A stretch of 64,000 nucleotides of DNA from an uncultured Gemmatimonadaceae bacterium (GCA_963781585.1 CAWAGQ010000004.1:800001-864000); one strand, 5' to 3'. Shown: positions 28,893 to 39,335, counted from the stretch's first letter. Made by a program: numbers and translations. The notes: generated by a model not told the origin, from the letters alone.

Positions 28893-29824
28893 GCCGGGAA
28901 GTCTCCATCGGCGAAGCCGGGGAGTGCCGAGCGACGCCGGCGCCGTCGCGGCCGCCCGGTGGTGAGCATCCGGAGATCCTCGAGCGTGGCGCAGCCACGC
29001 GACTCGGCCTCGTTCAGCAGACGCAACAGGATCTGGGCCGTGGCTACAGCGTCGCCGCCCGCCCGGTGGCGTGCTGTGTTGTTCACACCGTAGTAGCGTG
29101 CCAGGGAGTCGAGCGATCGCCGGCGCAGCTGCGGCAGAAGCGCCCGGGCCAGCCGCACCGTGCAGAGTCGCTCGCCCAGCAGGCGCGCGCCGCTCGCCCG
29201 CTGGAGCTCGGCAGCCAGGAAGCGCCAATCGAACGCCGCATTGTGCGCCACGAACAGATGCCCATCCAGCATGTCCGACACTTCCGCGGCGATGGTCCGG
29301 AATGGCGGCGCGTGCTTCACCATGCTCCACGAGATCCTGGTCAGCGCCGTAATGAATCTCGGGATGCTCCGTTCCGGATTCACCAGCGACTCATAGACGC
29401 TCGCGATCTCGCCGTTCCGAACAGTGACGGCCGCGACCTCCGTGATACGATCCCCGCCGAAGGGCCGTGTGCCGGTGGTCTCGACGTCGACCACCACGTA
29501 CGACAGCGACCCGAGCGCGGGCGGCCGCGCCGGGACCGGAATTCCCCGCCACTCGTGCCCGCCCTGCTGCGCGTTGCGATCGGGAATCCCGCGTCCGCCT
29601 GCCAGGGACCATCGGCCTTCGGAGTCTCGCGCGAAGTCCTTCGACCGCTCGAACAACGCAACCGCCATGTGCTCGGCGACCATGCGCGGCGGGCCCGGAA
29701 GCTGGCAGACGTACGCAATCAGCGCAGTGGCGGGCGCGGGACCGGCGGCCAGGAATGTGCGCGCACGGGCCACGAGCGCCGAATCCGGTACTTCCGTCCG
29801 CACGCCGAGCGGGAGCTCGGTCAT
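28889..29824 (-). CDS. DEDDh 3'-5' exonuclease (DnaQ-like) with N-terminal extension
   Basis: VVDVETTG, AHNAAFD and HRAGGDA motifs. Confidence 0.88.
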   Translation of the reverse strand: MTELPLGVRTEVPDSALVARARTFLAAGPAPATALIAYVCQLPGPPRMVAEHMAVALFERSKDFARDSEGRWSLAGGRGIPDRNAQQGGHEWRGIPVPARPPALGSLSYVVVDVETTGTRPFGGDRITEVAAVTVRNGEIASVYESLVNPERSIPRFITALTRISWSMVKHAPPFRTIAAEVSDMLDGHLFVAHNAAFDWRFLAAELQRASGARLLGERLCTVRLARALLPQLRRRSLDSLARYYGVNNTARHRAGGDAVATAQILLRLLNEAESRGCATLEDLRMLTTGRPRRRRRRSALPGFADGDFPA

Positions 29825-29847
29825 TGGTCGATCGGTTCGTGCGATGG

Positions 29848-31083
29848 TCACGTCCACGGATCGTCGCGCTCCACCGGGCAGGTCATGCAGCGCGGTCCAC
29901 CGCCTCCGCGTACCAGTTCGCTCCCCACCACCGTGATTGCAGCGCGGGTTCCTTCGTCGATCTCGTCCTGGGCCGACAGAAAAACGTTGGCGGGGATCAC
30001 TCGAAAGCCCACGCGCTCCAGCTCACGGAGCGTCTCCTCGTTGCGGGAATAGGAGATCACGACGCCGGGCCGCACGGCGACGAAGTTGCATCCCGAGGCC
30101 CACTGTTCGCGCTCCTGGACGATCCGTCGCGTCCCGCCGCAGAAGACCGGCTCCATCGTCAGACCGCACTCCTGCAGCGCGGCGAACACGTTGGGCATCT
30201 CCCGAAGCTGCGATTCTCCCTTGCTCCAGAGCAGGATCGGCAGGCGTTCGGGCCCGATGAAGTGGGGAGGATACACGACGCACAATTCGCGATCGATCTG
30301 CGTGAAGATCATGTCGAGGTGGATCGCGGAGTTCTCCTTCGGCATCACGACCACGATGACCTTCTCGATTGCCGTGTGCGCGAAGAGGAGTCGCGCGAGG
30401 TTGTCGATCGCCGCCGGACTCGATCGCTCGCTGAAGCCGATCATGATCGTGTCGCGACGCAGCGGGTGCACGTCTCCACCCTCGAGCGTATACGACAGCC
30501 GGCGCTCGGCGGAGCCGTCGTACAGCACGCCGCAGTTGCGGAGGATCGGGTGGAACATGAACAGGGCCTTCATGATGAGCTCTTCGCTCCAACGCACCCC
30601 GTAACGCATCGAGCCAATCATGACGTGCTCGTTGATGCCCATCGCCACGTCGCGGGTGAAATACAGATTGGGAAGCGGCGGGAGCTGAAAACCCGTCTCG
30701 TTGAGCGTGGCGCCCAGCGGGCCGGGCGATTCCTCTCGGCCCTCGATGAGGTAGTTGACCAGCGTTTTGGCCGGGAGTTCGTTCAACTCGCGGGCGAGGG
30801 GCTCCGAGGGCACGACGTCCATCGTTTCGCGGATCAGCAGCTCCCGTACCTCGGCGTTCCCCAGCACCTCGGCCAGGAGCGACGGTACGAAGTGGACGTC
30901 GGTGAAACGCTGGAGGACTGCCACGAAGCGGCGGTGCTCGCGACGAGCGGATTCGACGTCGATGATGTCGTCGTAGAGGTAGTCCTCGCGGGTGTCCGGG
31001 GTGACGGCCAGCAGTTCGCGGCCCGGGCTGTGGACGAGCACGGACCGAAGGCGGCCGATCTCGGAGGAGACACTGACGGGCAT
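29848..31083 (-). CDS. arcA: Arginine deiminase
   Basis: SEIGRL, PNLYFTRD, LEGGD, HLD and GGGPRCMTCP motifs. Confidence 0.95.
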   Translation of the reverse strand: MPVSVSSEIGRLRSVLVHSPGRELLAVTPDTREDYLYDDIIDVESARREHRRFVAVLQRFTDVHFVPSLLAEVLGNAEVRELLIRETMDVVPSEPLARELNELPAKTLVNYLIEGREESPGPLGATLNETGFQLPPLPNLYFTRDVAMGINEHVMIGSMRYGVRWSEELIMKALFMFHPILRNCGVLYDGSAERRLSYTLEGGDVHPLRRDTIMIGFSERSSPAAIDNLARLLFAHTAIEKVIVVVMPKENSAIHLDMIFTQIDRELCVVYPPHFIGPERLPILLWSKGESQLREMPNVFAALQECGLTMEPVFCGGTRRIVQEREQWASGCNFVAVRPGVVISYSRNEETLRELERVGFRVIPANVFLSAQDEIDEGTRAAITVVGSELVRGGGGPRCMTCPVERDDPWT

Positions 31084-31101
31084 GGTGGCAATCTATGGGA
31101 A

Positions 31102-31192
31102 GGGCCCAGGCCAGAGATCATAGGCCAAAGGTCGTAGGCCAAAGGTGATAGGGCGAAGGGCATGGGCCAACGGTGACAGGCCAAAGGTCATG
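31102..31192. repeat. Degenerate heptamer tandem array (13 units, GGCCAAA/GGTCATA, 14-bp super-period)
   Basis: gggccca ggccaga gatcata ggccaaa ggtcgta ggccaaa ggtgata gggcgaa gggcatg ggccaac ggtgaca ggccaaa ggtcatg. Confidence 0.85.
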
Positions 31193-31239
31193 GCAGGCCT
31201 GTCCACCATGGGCTTCCCCCTCGGACCCGCTGAGCTAAC

Positions 31240-31257
31240 TTGTGAATGAATTCACAA
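31240..31257. promoter_or_regulatory. Rex operator (ROP)
   Basis: TTGTGAA-TGAA-TTCACAA, a perfect match to the Rex consensus TTGTGAAnnnnTTCACAA, directly upstream of rex. Confidence 0.92.
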
Positions 31258-31269
31258 GCTCGGCCTGCC

Positions 31270-31896
31270 GTGAAGCGTATTGCAGACAGTACGGTGCGCC
31301 GCCTTTCGGCGTACCTCCGTTTCCTCGAGGAAACGGGGCAACGGAACATCCCGACCATTTCCAGCGAAGAGCTGGCCAGACGTGGCGGGACTACGTCCGC
31401 CCAGGTGCGGAAGGACCTCTCCTTCTTCGGGTCCTTTGGGAAACGCGGCCTGGGCTATTCCGTTGCCGAACTCACCGGGAGCCTGCGCGGAATCCTCGGA
31501 CTGCATCGCGAGTGGAACGTGATCATCGTGGGCGCCGGCAAGATCGGCACCGCGCTCGCCCAGTACCATGGATTCGCCCAACGCGGGTTTCGCGTATCAG
31601 CCGCGTACGACACCGATCCGCGCAAGATCGGGTCGCAGTGGGACTCGGTCATTGTCCGCGACGCTGCCGACGTGGAGCGCGACGTCGCGCGGGAGAAGCC
31701 CGACATCGCCGTGCTGGCCGTACCCCCCGACCAGGCGCAGGCGGCCGCCGAGCGTCTGGTGCGTGCCGGCATCAAGGCTATCCTCAATTTCGCCCCAACC
31801 AGCATCCAGGTGCCTAACGACGTCAGCGTGCGCACGGTCAACATGGCCATGGAGCTGGAAGGTCTGAGCTTTACGCTCACCAACCGCGACCGCTGA
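31270..31896 (+). CDS. rex: Redox-sensing transcriptional repressor Rex (GTG 31270; alternative ATG 31246)
   Basis: TVRRLSAYLR, QVRKDLSFFGSFGKRGLGY, GAGKIG and ILNFAP motifs. Confidence 0.97.
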   Translation: MKRIADSTVRRLSAYLRFLEETGQRNIPTISSEELARRGGTTSAQVRKDLSFFGSFGKRGLGYSVAELTGSLRGILGLHREWNVIIVGAGKIGTALAQYHGFAQRGFRVSAAYDTDPRKIGSQWDSVIVRDAADVERDVAREKPDIAVLAVPPDQAQAAAERLVRAGIKAILNFAPTSIQVPNDVSVRTVNMAMELEGLSFTLTNRDR

Positions 31897-32004
31897 CGAG
31901 TGCCAGCGCCGCCGGGGCGCGTACGCGCGCGCCGGCCGGGGGCCCCTGCGCCTTCCTTCCCCGGGCCATGTCGAGTAGCGTGGTTCCCCGGGACGACTGG
32001 GTCT

Positions 32005-32841
32005 TCAGCCGCGAGCCGGCGGCCGCCCCCCGATCTCGACCGCCTGAAACAGCTCGACGAACTTCCCGGCGGACAGGGTCTCGGCCCGCACCGCCGGATC
32101 CAGTCCGATCGTCGCCAGCACCGCCGCAACCTGCGAGCCGTCCCAGTGCTTGATCGCACGTAACACGCGCTGGAGTTGCTTGCGGCGCATGGCAAATACG
32201 TTCTGCACAAACTCCGAGAAGCGCGGGGCGTCTCCGGGTGACACGAGCGGCGCGGGATGCGGGGTGAGCCTGACGATCGCGGAGTCCACGCCCGGACGAG
32301 GGTGAAAGGCGCTTGCGGCCACGCGCGCGATGATCTCGGCCGACATCCCGATCCGAAGATTCACGGTCAACGCGCCATACTCTTTCCGGCCCTCGTCGGC
32401 GACGATTCGCTGGGCCACCTCCCACTGAACCAGGAAGACCGCTCGTTCGGGCATCGGCCGCTCCAAGGCCTTGAACAGCAGTGGCGTGGTGAGGTTGTAC
32501 GGAAGATTCCCCGCCAGAAGGTATGGCCCTCCGGCCAGCGCATCCCAGGCCATGGCGAGCGCGTCGCCTTCCACCAGCTGGACGTGCGGGCGGTCGGCGT
32601 ACCGGGTTCTCAGGAGGGCGGCCAGGTCCCGGTCGATTTCGATCGCGATCACGCGTCCCGCACGCGCCACAAGCGCGTCGGTCAGCACCCCGCGTCCGGG
32701 CCCTATTTCCACCACCACCGATCCGGCGTCCGGCGCCAGCGCGTCGACGATCCGCTCGAGCGCACGGCGGTCGTGCAGAAAATGCTGCGCGAAGCGCTTG
32801 CGCGGGCGTGGGAGAGCATCCGGCGGCCGCCGCCGGGTCAC
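32005..32841 (-). CDS. rsmA: 16S rRNA m6,2A dimethyltransferase
   Basis: KRFAQHFL, EIGPGRG, GNLPY and FHPRPGVDS motifs. Confidence 0.95.
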   Translation of the reverse strand: MTRRRPPDALPRPRKRFAQHFLHDRRALERIVDALAPDAGSVVVEIGPGRGVLTDALVARAGRVIAIEIDRDLAALLRTRYADRPHVQLVEGDALAMAWDALAGGPYLLAGNLPYNLTTPLLFKALERPMPERAVFLVQWEVAQRIVADEGRKEYGALTVNLRIGMSAEIIARVAASAFHPRPGVDSAIVRLTPHPAPLVSPGDAPRFSEFVQNVFAMRRKQLQRVLRAIKHWDGSQVAAVLATIGLDPAVRAETLSAGKFVELFQAVEIGGRPPARG

Positions 32842-32853
32842 CGGGGCGCCTCG

Positions 32854-34446
32854 TCAGGTGCGGGTGATGACCAGCGTGAGGTCGTCACGCCGCGTGACGT
32901 CTCCCATGTGCTGACGGAGGGCCGTCAGCATCTGCTCCAGAATCATCGCCGGTGGCTCGTTGCGGTGTGTGCGCGCGATGTCGGTGATCCCCGATTCGCC
33001 GAGGCGCTGGTCGAAGCGATTGCGGGCGTCGCTGACCCCGTCGGTGAACAGGAGCAGCAGATCGCCGCCCGGCTTCCACGGACGTCCCACCGTGATCGGC
33101 ATCTGCTCGCTCATTCCGAGCGGTGGCGCGGTGGCCTCGAGCCGCTCCACACAACCGTCCATTGCAACCACGAACGCATGGGGGTGTCCCGCGTTGGCGT
33201 AGCGCATGTGACCGCGCACCGGGTCGAGAATGGCGTAGAACACCGAGACGAACATTTCCGTGCTCTCGAGTTCATCGGTCAGCGTAGCCAGCAGGGCCGA
33301 CAGCACGCGCGAGGGGTCGGACGTGGTCTGCGCGTGAATCGACGTAGCGCTCATCACCAGCGCCATGATCAGCGCGGCGCGATACCCATGGCTCGAGACG
33401 TCGCCGATCATGATTCCGGTGCGCCCCTCGCCAAGGCGGAACAGGTGATAGAAGTCGCCGCCGACGCTCTCCGCGGGAACCACGCGCGCGGCAATCTGCG
33501 CGTCGGGAAGAAAGTGCGATGACTTCGGCAGGAGCTTCATCTGCAGGTCGTGCGCGAGCTGCATCTCCTGCTGCAGGCGTTGCTGGCTGAGCGACGCACG
33601 GACCAGGCGGTTGTTCTGGATCGCCGTGCCGATCTGGGTCGCGATTGCCGCCACCAGCTTCTCGTCGCCGGCGCTGAACGTCTCGGAGGTTCGGCGCTCG
33701 GACAGATTCAGCACGCCGAGCGAGACCGGCGAGCTTCCCGGATTGGTCCAGAGAATGGGTACCGAGAGCAGCGGCCCCAGTCGGTAGAACTCCGCCTCAC
33801 ACTCCATGGCTCCAGGCTCGACGATCATCGAGCGCTGCTCGCGGAACACCTGCGCCGACACGCAGTGCGGGTCCGCGGTCGCGATCGGCGCCGCGTCGGC
33901 GGGATCGAATCCAATGGCGGTTACCACCTGCAACGTGTCGGTTACGCGGTCGTGCACGAGCAGCGCGCCACGCCTCGCGCCGACGGTGTCGGCGATTTCC
34001 TCCAGAATCCGGGCGGCTGCTTCTTCAAGAGAGACTGTGCTGCCGAAGATCTCGCTGGTGGTGTACAGCAGGTTGATCTCCTCGTAGCGCTCCGCCAGCT
34101 CATGCGCGGCGTGCTCGACCTCCAGCTTGGATTGGTACGTGAGACCCACGAGTTCGGAGAGGAAGGCGACCTGCGCCGCCGCCACCGGATTCGGTTCGGG
34201 GAGCGGTCCCACCGCGACCCACGCGCGCTTTGGTCCCGCCACCGCAGCCACGTACAGCACCCCTCGTCCGAGCGCGATCTCCACCGGGGGACCGCCGCGC
34301 GGAATGAGCTCCACTACTGCGGGAGGCCGAATGTCCATGCGGCCGAATTCCACCGTCAGCGGGCCGGCGTCGTTCCTGGTCCAGACGATGGCGTCGCATC
34401 CGGTGGCTTCGCGAAACCGCGTCAGCAGCGAGTCGAGCTCGTTCAC
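32854..34446 (-). CDS. GAF + PP2C (SpoIIE) phosphatase, RsbU-like
   Basis: GAF domain followed by VGGDFY, GDVSSHG, NAGHP, FTDG and DDLT. GTG start overlaps the rsbW-like stop. Confidence 0.92.
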   Translation of the reverse strand: MNELDSLLTRFREATGCDAIVWTRNDAGPLTVEFGRMDIRPPAVVELIPRGGPPVEIALGRGVLYVAAVAGPKRAWVAVGPLPEPNPVAAAQVAFLSELVGLTYQSKLEVEHAAHELAERYEEINLLYTTSEIFGSTVSLEEAAARILEEIADTVGARRGALLVHDRVTDTLQVVTAIGFDPADAAPIATADPHCVSAQVFREQRSMIVEPGAMECEAEFYRLGPLLSVPILWTNPGSSPVSLGVLNLSERRTSETFSAGDEKLVAAIATQIGTAIQNNRLVRASLSQQRLQQEMQLAHDLQMKLLPKSSHFLPDAQIAARVVPAESVGGDFYHLFRLGEGRTGIMIGDVSSHGYRAALIMALVMSATSIHAQTTSDPSRVLSALLATLTDELESTEMFVSVFYAILDPVRGHMRYANAGHPHAFVVAMDGCVERLEATAPPLGMSEQMPITVGRPWKPGGDLLLLFTDGVSDARNRFDQRLGESGITDIARTHRNEPPAMILEQMLTALRQHMGDVTRRDDLTLVITRT

Positions 34447-34904
34447 GCGCGATTCAGCGTAAGGCGCACCACGTTGCCACCACGCTGGAACCGCTCGACG
34501 CGATCCATCAGCTGGCGCATGAGGAAGAGCCCGCGCCCGTCCTCTCGCACCAGGTTCTGATCCAGTGTGGGGTCGGAGGTACAGCCCTCGAGGTCGAAGC
34601 CGGCTCCTTCGTCGCCAACCTCGAGAATCAACGCCTGATCGTCGATCGTGGCCCGAAGGCGCACCGACTTGCCCCGGTCCTGACCGTTGCCGTACAGGAT
34701 TGCGTTCGACAGGGCCTCGGTGAGGGCCACCGGGACGTTCAACCGGCACAGCCGGGCCGGCAGGGACGACTCGGCGCATCGCTGTGCCACGACCCCCACG
34801 AGGCGCTCGATATAGCGCACATCGCTGGGAATCCTCACGTCGATCGGGAACCGCAGGTCCGTCAGGGGCGGACCGGTCGGCACAGCCCGGAAGTCGTCGC
34901 TCAT
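34443..34904 (-). CDS. Anti-sigma factor/Ser kinase (RsbW-like, HATPase_c)
   Basis: EALSNAILYGN, DEGAGFD and GRGLFLMRQLMD motifs. Confidence 0.92.
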   Translation of the reverse strand: MSDDFRAVPTGPPLTDLRFPIDVRIPSDVRYIERLVGVVAQRCAESSLPARLCRLNVPVALTEALSNAILYGNGQDRGKSVRLRATIDDQALILEVGDEGAGFDLEGCTSDPTLDQNLVREDGRGLFLMRQLMDRVERFQRGGNVVRLTLNRA

Positions 34905-35091
34905 CGCTAGGATAACGCGCGCCTGAGGTCCGGGGTCACGTCACGACGCGGTGGGGGGGGGCCGGTGGACCCGACGAGCCTGCCTCCCCGGCACCGCTAA
35001 CCGGTGAATGCACGATGCGCCATGAGCCACGGAGCCATGAATCGGCGGAAGAAATCCGGCCTTCTCCGAACCTGATACTATTCGCTCGACC

Positions 35092-35430
35092 TCAGCCGCC
35101 GGCCCCCTTGGGGCTCTGCGGCCCACTGCCGGAGATCGTGAAGAGCGTATCGAGCTTCGTGAGTTCGAACAGGGTCTTGAGGTCGTCGTTGAGATTGGCC
35201 AGGCGGAGTTCACCGTTGCGTTCGCGGATCCGCTTGGAGAGGGAGACCAGTACCCCGAGCCCCGAGCTGTCGATGTACCCGGTTTGTCTGAAGTCCACCA
35301 GGAACTTCCGCGCTCCGCGATCGAGCTCGTCGAGAATCTTCTGCTTCAGCTCCTGCCGATTGCCCACGATGAGCTGTCCTTCGACCGCCACCACACACAC
35401 ATCGCCGTCCCTGCTGACCGTAAAGCCCAT
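35092..35430 (-). CDS. STAS anti-anti-sigma factor (RsbV-like)
   Basis: YIDSSGLGVLV phospho-Ser motif and LFELTKL. Confidence 0.92.
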   Translation of the reverse strand: MGFTVSRDGDVCVVAVEGQLIVGNRQELKQKILDELDRGARKFLVDFRQTGYIDSSGLGVLVSLSKRIRERNGELRLANLNDDLKTLFELTKLDTLFTISGSGPQSPKGAGG

Positions 35431-35452
35431 GCCGTCCTCCCCGAGCGGAAAG

Positions 35453-36442
35453 TCAGCCGCCGTCGGTTTGCGCCTGGAGCGCGGTGACGGCGGCGGTGTT
35501 GACAATGTCATCGACGGTCGCGCCCCGCGACAGATCGGCGAATGGTCTGGCGAATCCCTGAAGAACCGGGCCAATGGCGGACGCCCCGGCAATACGCTCC
35601 ACGAGTTTATACCCGATGTTGCCCGCGTCCAAACTCGGGAAGATCAGTACATTGGCGGACCCTGCCGCACGGCTCCCCGGTGCCTTGCGAGCGGCAACGC
35701 CGCCGATCAGTGCGGCGTCGGCCTGCAGTTCGCCATCCACACGTAAATCCGGGGCACGGCGTCGCACGAGCTCGACCGCGCGGCGTACCCGGTCCACCGA
35801 TTCGCCGTCGGCGCTCCCTTTCGTGCTGAATGACAGCATCGCCACCACGGGCTCGTCGCCTACCACGCGGCGCCGGTCGCGCGCAGTGGCGATCGCGATA
35901 TCCGCCAGCTGTTCCGCGTCCGGGTACGGCACCACGGCGCAGTCGGCGAACGAGAGCACTTCCGGGCCCGGCGCGCGGAAGGACCCGGTCACCATGTAGA
36001 AGGCGCCCGACACGGTAGTCACGTCCGGCGCCGGCCCTACCATCCAGAGCGCGGCGCGTATCACCTCGGCCGTAGTGGTCACGCACCCGGCGACCGAGCC
36101 ATCGACTTCACCGTGCCGGACCATGTCGGCGGCAAGGAGCAGTGCCCTTCGTGCGAGCGTCGCCGCTTCATCGCGGCCAAGCCCTTTCGGCGCTCTCCTG
36201 GCAAGGAGGTCCTCCTCCACGCGGGCAACCCGGGGATCGGTGCCCGCGTCGAGCACGTCGAATCCTGCCCGACGTGCCTCGTCGATCGATGCGCCCGGAT
36301 CCGCCAGCAACACCGGTTCCGCGATGTGCTCGCGTCTCAGGGTGGTGGCGGCCGCCACGATGCGCGGATCATGGGCTTCCGGGAGCGCGATTCGCGCGCG
36401 GGTGCGGCCGGCGCGCGCGCGCAGGCCCGCGATGAAGTCCAC
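35453..36442 (-). CDS. pta: Phosphate acetyltransferase
   Basis: [31 protein letters not shown] and DLSRG motifs. Confidence 0.93.
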   Translation of the reverse strand: MDFIAGLRARAGRTRARIALPEAHDPRIVAAATTLRREHIAEPVLLADPGASIDEARRAGFDVLDAGTDPRVARVEEDLLARRAPKGLGRDEAATLARRALLLAADMVRHGEVDGSVAGCVTTTAEVIRAALWMVGPAPDVTTVSGAFYMVTGSFRAPGPEVLSFADCAVVPYPDAEQLADIAIATARDRRRVVGDEPVVAMLSFSTKGSADGESVDRVRRAVELVRRRAPDLRVDGELQADAALIGGVAARKAPGSRAAGSANVLIFPSLDAGNIGYKLVERIAGASAIGPVLQGFARPFADLSRGATVDDIVNTAAVTALQAQTDGG

Positions 36443-36450
36443 CGACCCGC

Positions 36451-36948
36451 CTATCGAGTGGCCACCCGGAAGCGCTGCTCGAGCGCCCGTGCCACCACCG
36501 GGTGGACGAGGTCGTCCAGTCTACCGCCGAATCGCGCGACTTCCCGAACCAGCGATGCGCTGATGTAGGTCGTCTCGAGCGAGGGCACCATGAAGACGGT
36601 CTCCACGCCCGGCGCCAGGTGCCGGTTCATCAACGCCATCTGGTATTCGTACTCGAAGTCGCTCACCGCGCGGAGCCCGCGAATAAACAGGCGCGCGCCG
36701 ACGTCACGCGCGAAATCCACCAGCAGTCCGGTGAATTCGCGCACTTCGATCCGGCCGTCGGTTTCCCCGCGCAACGTCTCGCTGATGAACCCCGTGCGCT
36801 CCTCGATCGCGAAGAGTGGCTCCTTGGCGACGTTGACCGCCACGGCGACGATCAGGCGATCCACGAACTCCAGACTGCGGCGGATGATGTCTTCGTGGCC
36901 GCGTGTGATCGGGTCGAACGTTCCGGCGTAGATGGCGATTCGGGCCAT
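36451..36948 (-). CDS. coaD: Phosphopantetheine adenylyltransferase
   Basis: [12 protein letters not shown] and [12 protein letters not shown] motifs. Confidence 0.96.
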   Translation of the reverse strand: MARIAIYAGTFDPITRGHEDIIRRSLEFVDRLIVAVAVNVAKEPLFAIEERTGFISETLRGETDGRIEVREFTGLLVDFARDVGARLFIRGLRAVSDFEYEYQMALMNRHLAPGVETVFMVPSLETTYISASLVREVARFGGRLDDLVHPVVARALEQRFRVATR

Positions 36949-37023
36949 GAGGAGGCGGGCGAAGGTATACAACAGTCCTGAATGCGGCCCTCGGAGTCCA
37001 GAGGGCCTGTGGCCGGAGGTCCG

Positions 37024-37575
37024 TCAGGCACCCGGCCCGAGGATGGTCCCTGTGTGCTCACGCATGCCGTAGATCGTAACCGCGGTACCGCCGTAGACGC
37101 GGCGGTCGCCTCCCTCGGGAAGGTTTTCGTGGGCGTCGTGCTCGATGCCCAGAATGCGCGAGAAGCGCCGCTCCAGCCAGAGCTGGGCCACGCGTGGCGC
37201 GATTCCAAGGTTGTATGGCGGGTCGGCGAAAGCCACATCGTAGGCGCCGGGCGCGAGCCGCTGCACGAAGCGCACGGCGTCGGCCCGATGGATGTGCGCC
37301 AGCGCCGTCGCGTCCAGCGTTTGCGCGTTCTCGCGCACGGCCCGCAGGCTGGGTGCGCTCAGCTCCACGAAATCGGCGCTGGATGCCCCCCGCGACAGCG
37401 CTTCGAGGCCGAGCGCGCCTGAGCCCGCGTACAGATCGAGCACGCGGGCGCCCGGCAATTCCCCATGCACGATGCTCATCCAGGCCTCGCGCGCGCGGTC
37501 GCCCGTGGGTCGCACCCGCGCGTCCCGCGGCGCCTTGAGCGTCCGACCGCGCCAGCGCCCGGCGATGATTCGCAC
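37024..37575 (-). CDS. rsmD: 16S rRNA m2G966 methyltransferase
   Basis: MRIIAG, RPT, DLYAGSGALGLEALSRGA and DPPY motifs. Confidence 0.95.
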   Translation of the reverse strand: MRIIAGRWRGRTLKAPRDARVRPTGDRAREAWMSIVHGELPGARVLDLYAGSGALGLEALSRGASSADFVELSAPSLRAVRENAQTLDATALAHIHRADAVRFVQRLAPGAYDVAFADPPYNLGIAPRVAQLWLERRFSRILGIEHDAHENLPEGGDRRVYGGTAVTIYGMREHTGTILGPGA

Positions 37576-37576
37576 C

Positions 37577-39298
37577 CTACCGCCGGACGTCCACCAGATT
37601 CGCGACCGGTCGGGCGATTTCGAGATAGGTATCGCGCTCCAGCCGATACGCGATGTCGACCACTGCCCCGGCCGGAACCTCGCTCGTGCGCTGAGCAGCT
37701 CCCCACCACACCGCCTCCAGGCGGGACGCGCCGGATGCGAGGCGCAGCTTCAATCCGTGCTCGCCGATCACCCGGGGTGGGCCCTCGATCAGCACGCCGC
37801 GTGAAACCAGCAGCGGCGCCGGGTTGCCGATGCCGAACGGCTCGAAGTGCCGCATCAGTCGCTCCATGTCTTCCGTCGCCTGGTCGAGCGGCAGTTCCGC
37901 ATCGACCCGGATTTCCGGCACCAGATCCTCCGGCGAGAGAAGCGCGCTGGCGACCGCATTGAATCGCGAGACGAATTCCTCCATACGAGCAGCGTCGATC
38001 GTAAGGCCCGCGGCGGCCCGGTGGCCGCCGAACCGCAGCAGCACATCGCGACACGCCAGCAGGCCGGCGTGAAGATCGAATCGCGGGATGGACCGCCCCG
38101 ATCCCTTGCCCACACTGCCGTCCAGAGACACAAGGATCACAGGGCGGCAGAACTCCTCCACCAGTCGGGATGCCACGATGCCGATAACGCCCGCGTGCCA
38201 ACGCGGCGACGCCAGGACGATGCCGAAGGTTGCGTCGAGGTCCACCCCCTCCATCAGCTGACGGGCCTCGTCGAGCGTTTCCCGGTCCAGCGCCTGACGA
38301 GTGCGGTTCATTTCCTCGAGTTCGCGGGCGATGAAATTCGCCTCCCCCGCGTCCTGGGCGAGCAGCAGCTCGACCCCCCGCAGCGCGCTTCCGAGGCGTC
38401 CAACGGCGTTCAGCCTGGGCGCGAGTATGAAACCGATTCGCCCGGTGGTGAGCCGTTTGCCCTCCAGGCCGGTGGCCGCGATCAGGGCGCGCAGCCCGAC
38501 GTTGCGCGTCTCTTCCATCAGCCGAAGCCCCAGGCGCGCCAGAACCCGATTCTCTCCGCGCAGTGGGACGACATCGGCAACCGTCGCCAGCGCCACGAGG
38601 TCGAGCATCCCCATCGCGGCGTTGGTGCTCACGCCACGCGCCTCGAGCAGCGCACACGCGAGCTTGAACGCCACGCCCGCGGCGCATAGATCCTTGTCCG
38701 GGTACTCCGAGTCCGGCAGCCGCGGGTTCAGCACCGCCAGGCACTCGGGCGGCGGTTCGCTCGGCAGGTGATGGTCGGTGATGATGACATCGATTCCCCG
38801 GGCCCTCAGCTCTGCCACGGGGCGGTGTGCACTCGTCCCGCAGTCGCAGGTCACCACGACGCGAGCCCCCTCACGCACCGCCGCCTGCACGCCGGCCTCC
38901 GACAGGTCGTATCCGTCGCTCACGCGATGAGGTATGAACGGCACGGCGGTGCCGCCCAGCAACCGGACCGTCTGCACCATGATGGTGGTCGCGCAGATCC
39001 CGTCCACGTCGTAGTCGCCGTGCACGAGAATGGTCTCCCCGCGATCGATGGCCTCCGACAGCCGCCGCACTGCCCTGTCCATTCCCGAGAGCAGCCATGG
39101 CGCATTCAGCTGCTCCAACCGTGGACGCAGGAACGCCTTCGCCCTGGTTGGATCGCCATAGCCGCGTGAAACCAGCAGCGCGCAGACGAGCGGAGGGAGG
39201 CGCAACTCCTCCGTCAGGCGGGTAACCGCGTCGGGATCGGGGAGCTTGGGAGGAATCCAGCGCGGACTCGGACGCGCGCGCGTGGCAGGAGCAGTCAT
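37577..39298 (-). CDS. recJ: Single-stranded DNA exonuclease RecJ
   Basis: GDYDVDG, TDHH, ATVADVVPL, GSGRS and GGH motifs. Confidence 0.96.
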   Translation of the reverse strand: MTAPATRARPSPRWIPPKLPDPDAVTRLTEELRLPPLVCALLVSRGYGDPTRAKAFLRPRLEQLNAPWLLSGMDRAVRRLSEAIDRGETILVHGDYDVDGICATTIMVQTVRLLGGTAVPFIPHRVSDGYDLSEAGVQAAVREGARVVVTCDCGTSAHRPVAELRARGIDVIITDHHLPSEPPPECLAVLNPRLPDSEYPDKDLCAAGVAFKLACALLEARGVSTNAAMGMLDLVALATVADVVPLRGENRVLARLGLRLMEETRNVGLRALIAATGLEGKRLTTGRIGFILAPRLNAVGRLGSALRGVELLLAQDAGEANFIARELEEMNRTRQALDRETLDEARQLMEGVDLDATFGIVLASPRWHAGVIGIVASRLVEEFCRPVILVSLDGSVGKGSGRSIPRFDLHAGLLACRDVLLRFGGHRAAAGLTIDAARMEEFVSRFNAVASALLSPEDLVPEIRVDAELPLDQATEDMERLMRHFEPFGIGNPAPLLVSRGVLIEGPPRVIGEHGLKLRLASGASRLEAVWWGAAQRTSEVPAGAVVDIAYRLERDTYLEIARPVANLVDVRR

Positions 39299-39335
39299 CC
39301 TGGAAACTTACCCCGCCGCTACCCCCACAGCCGTA

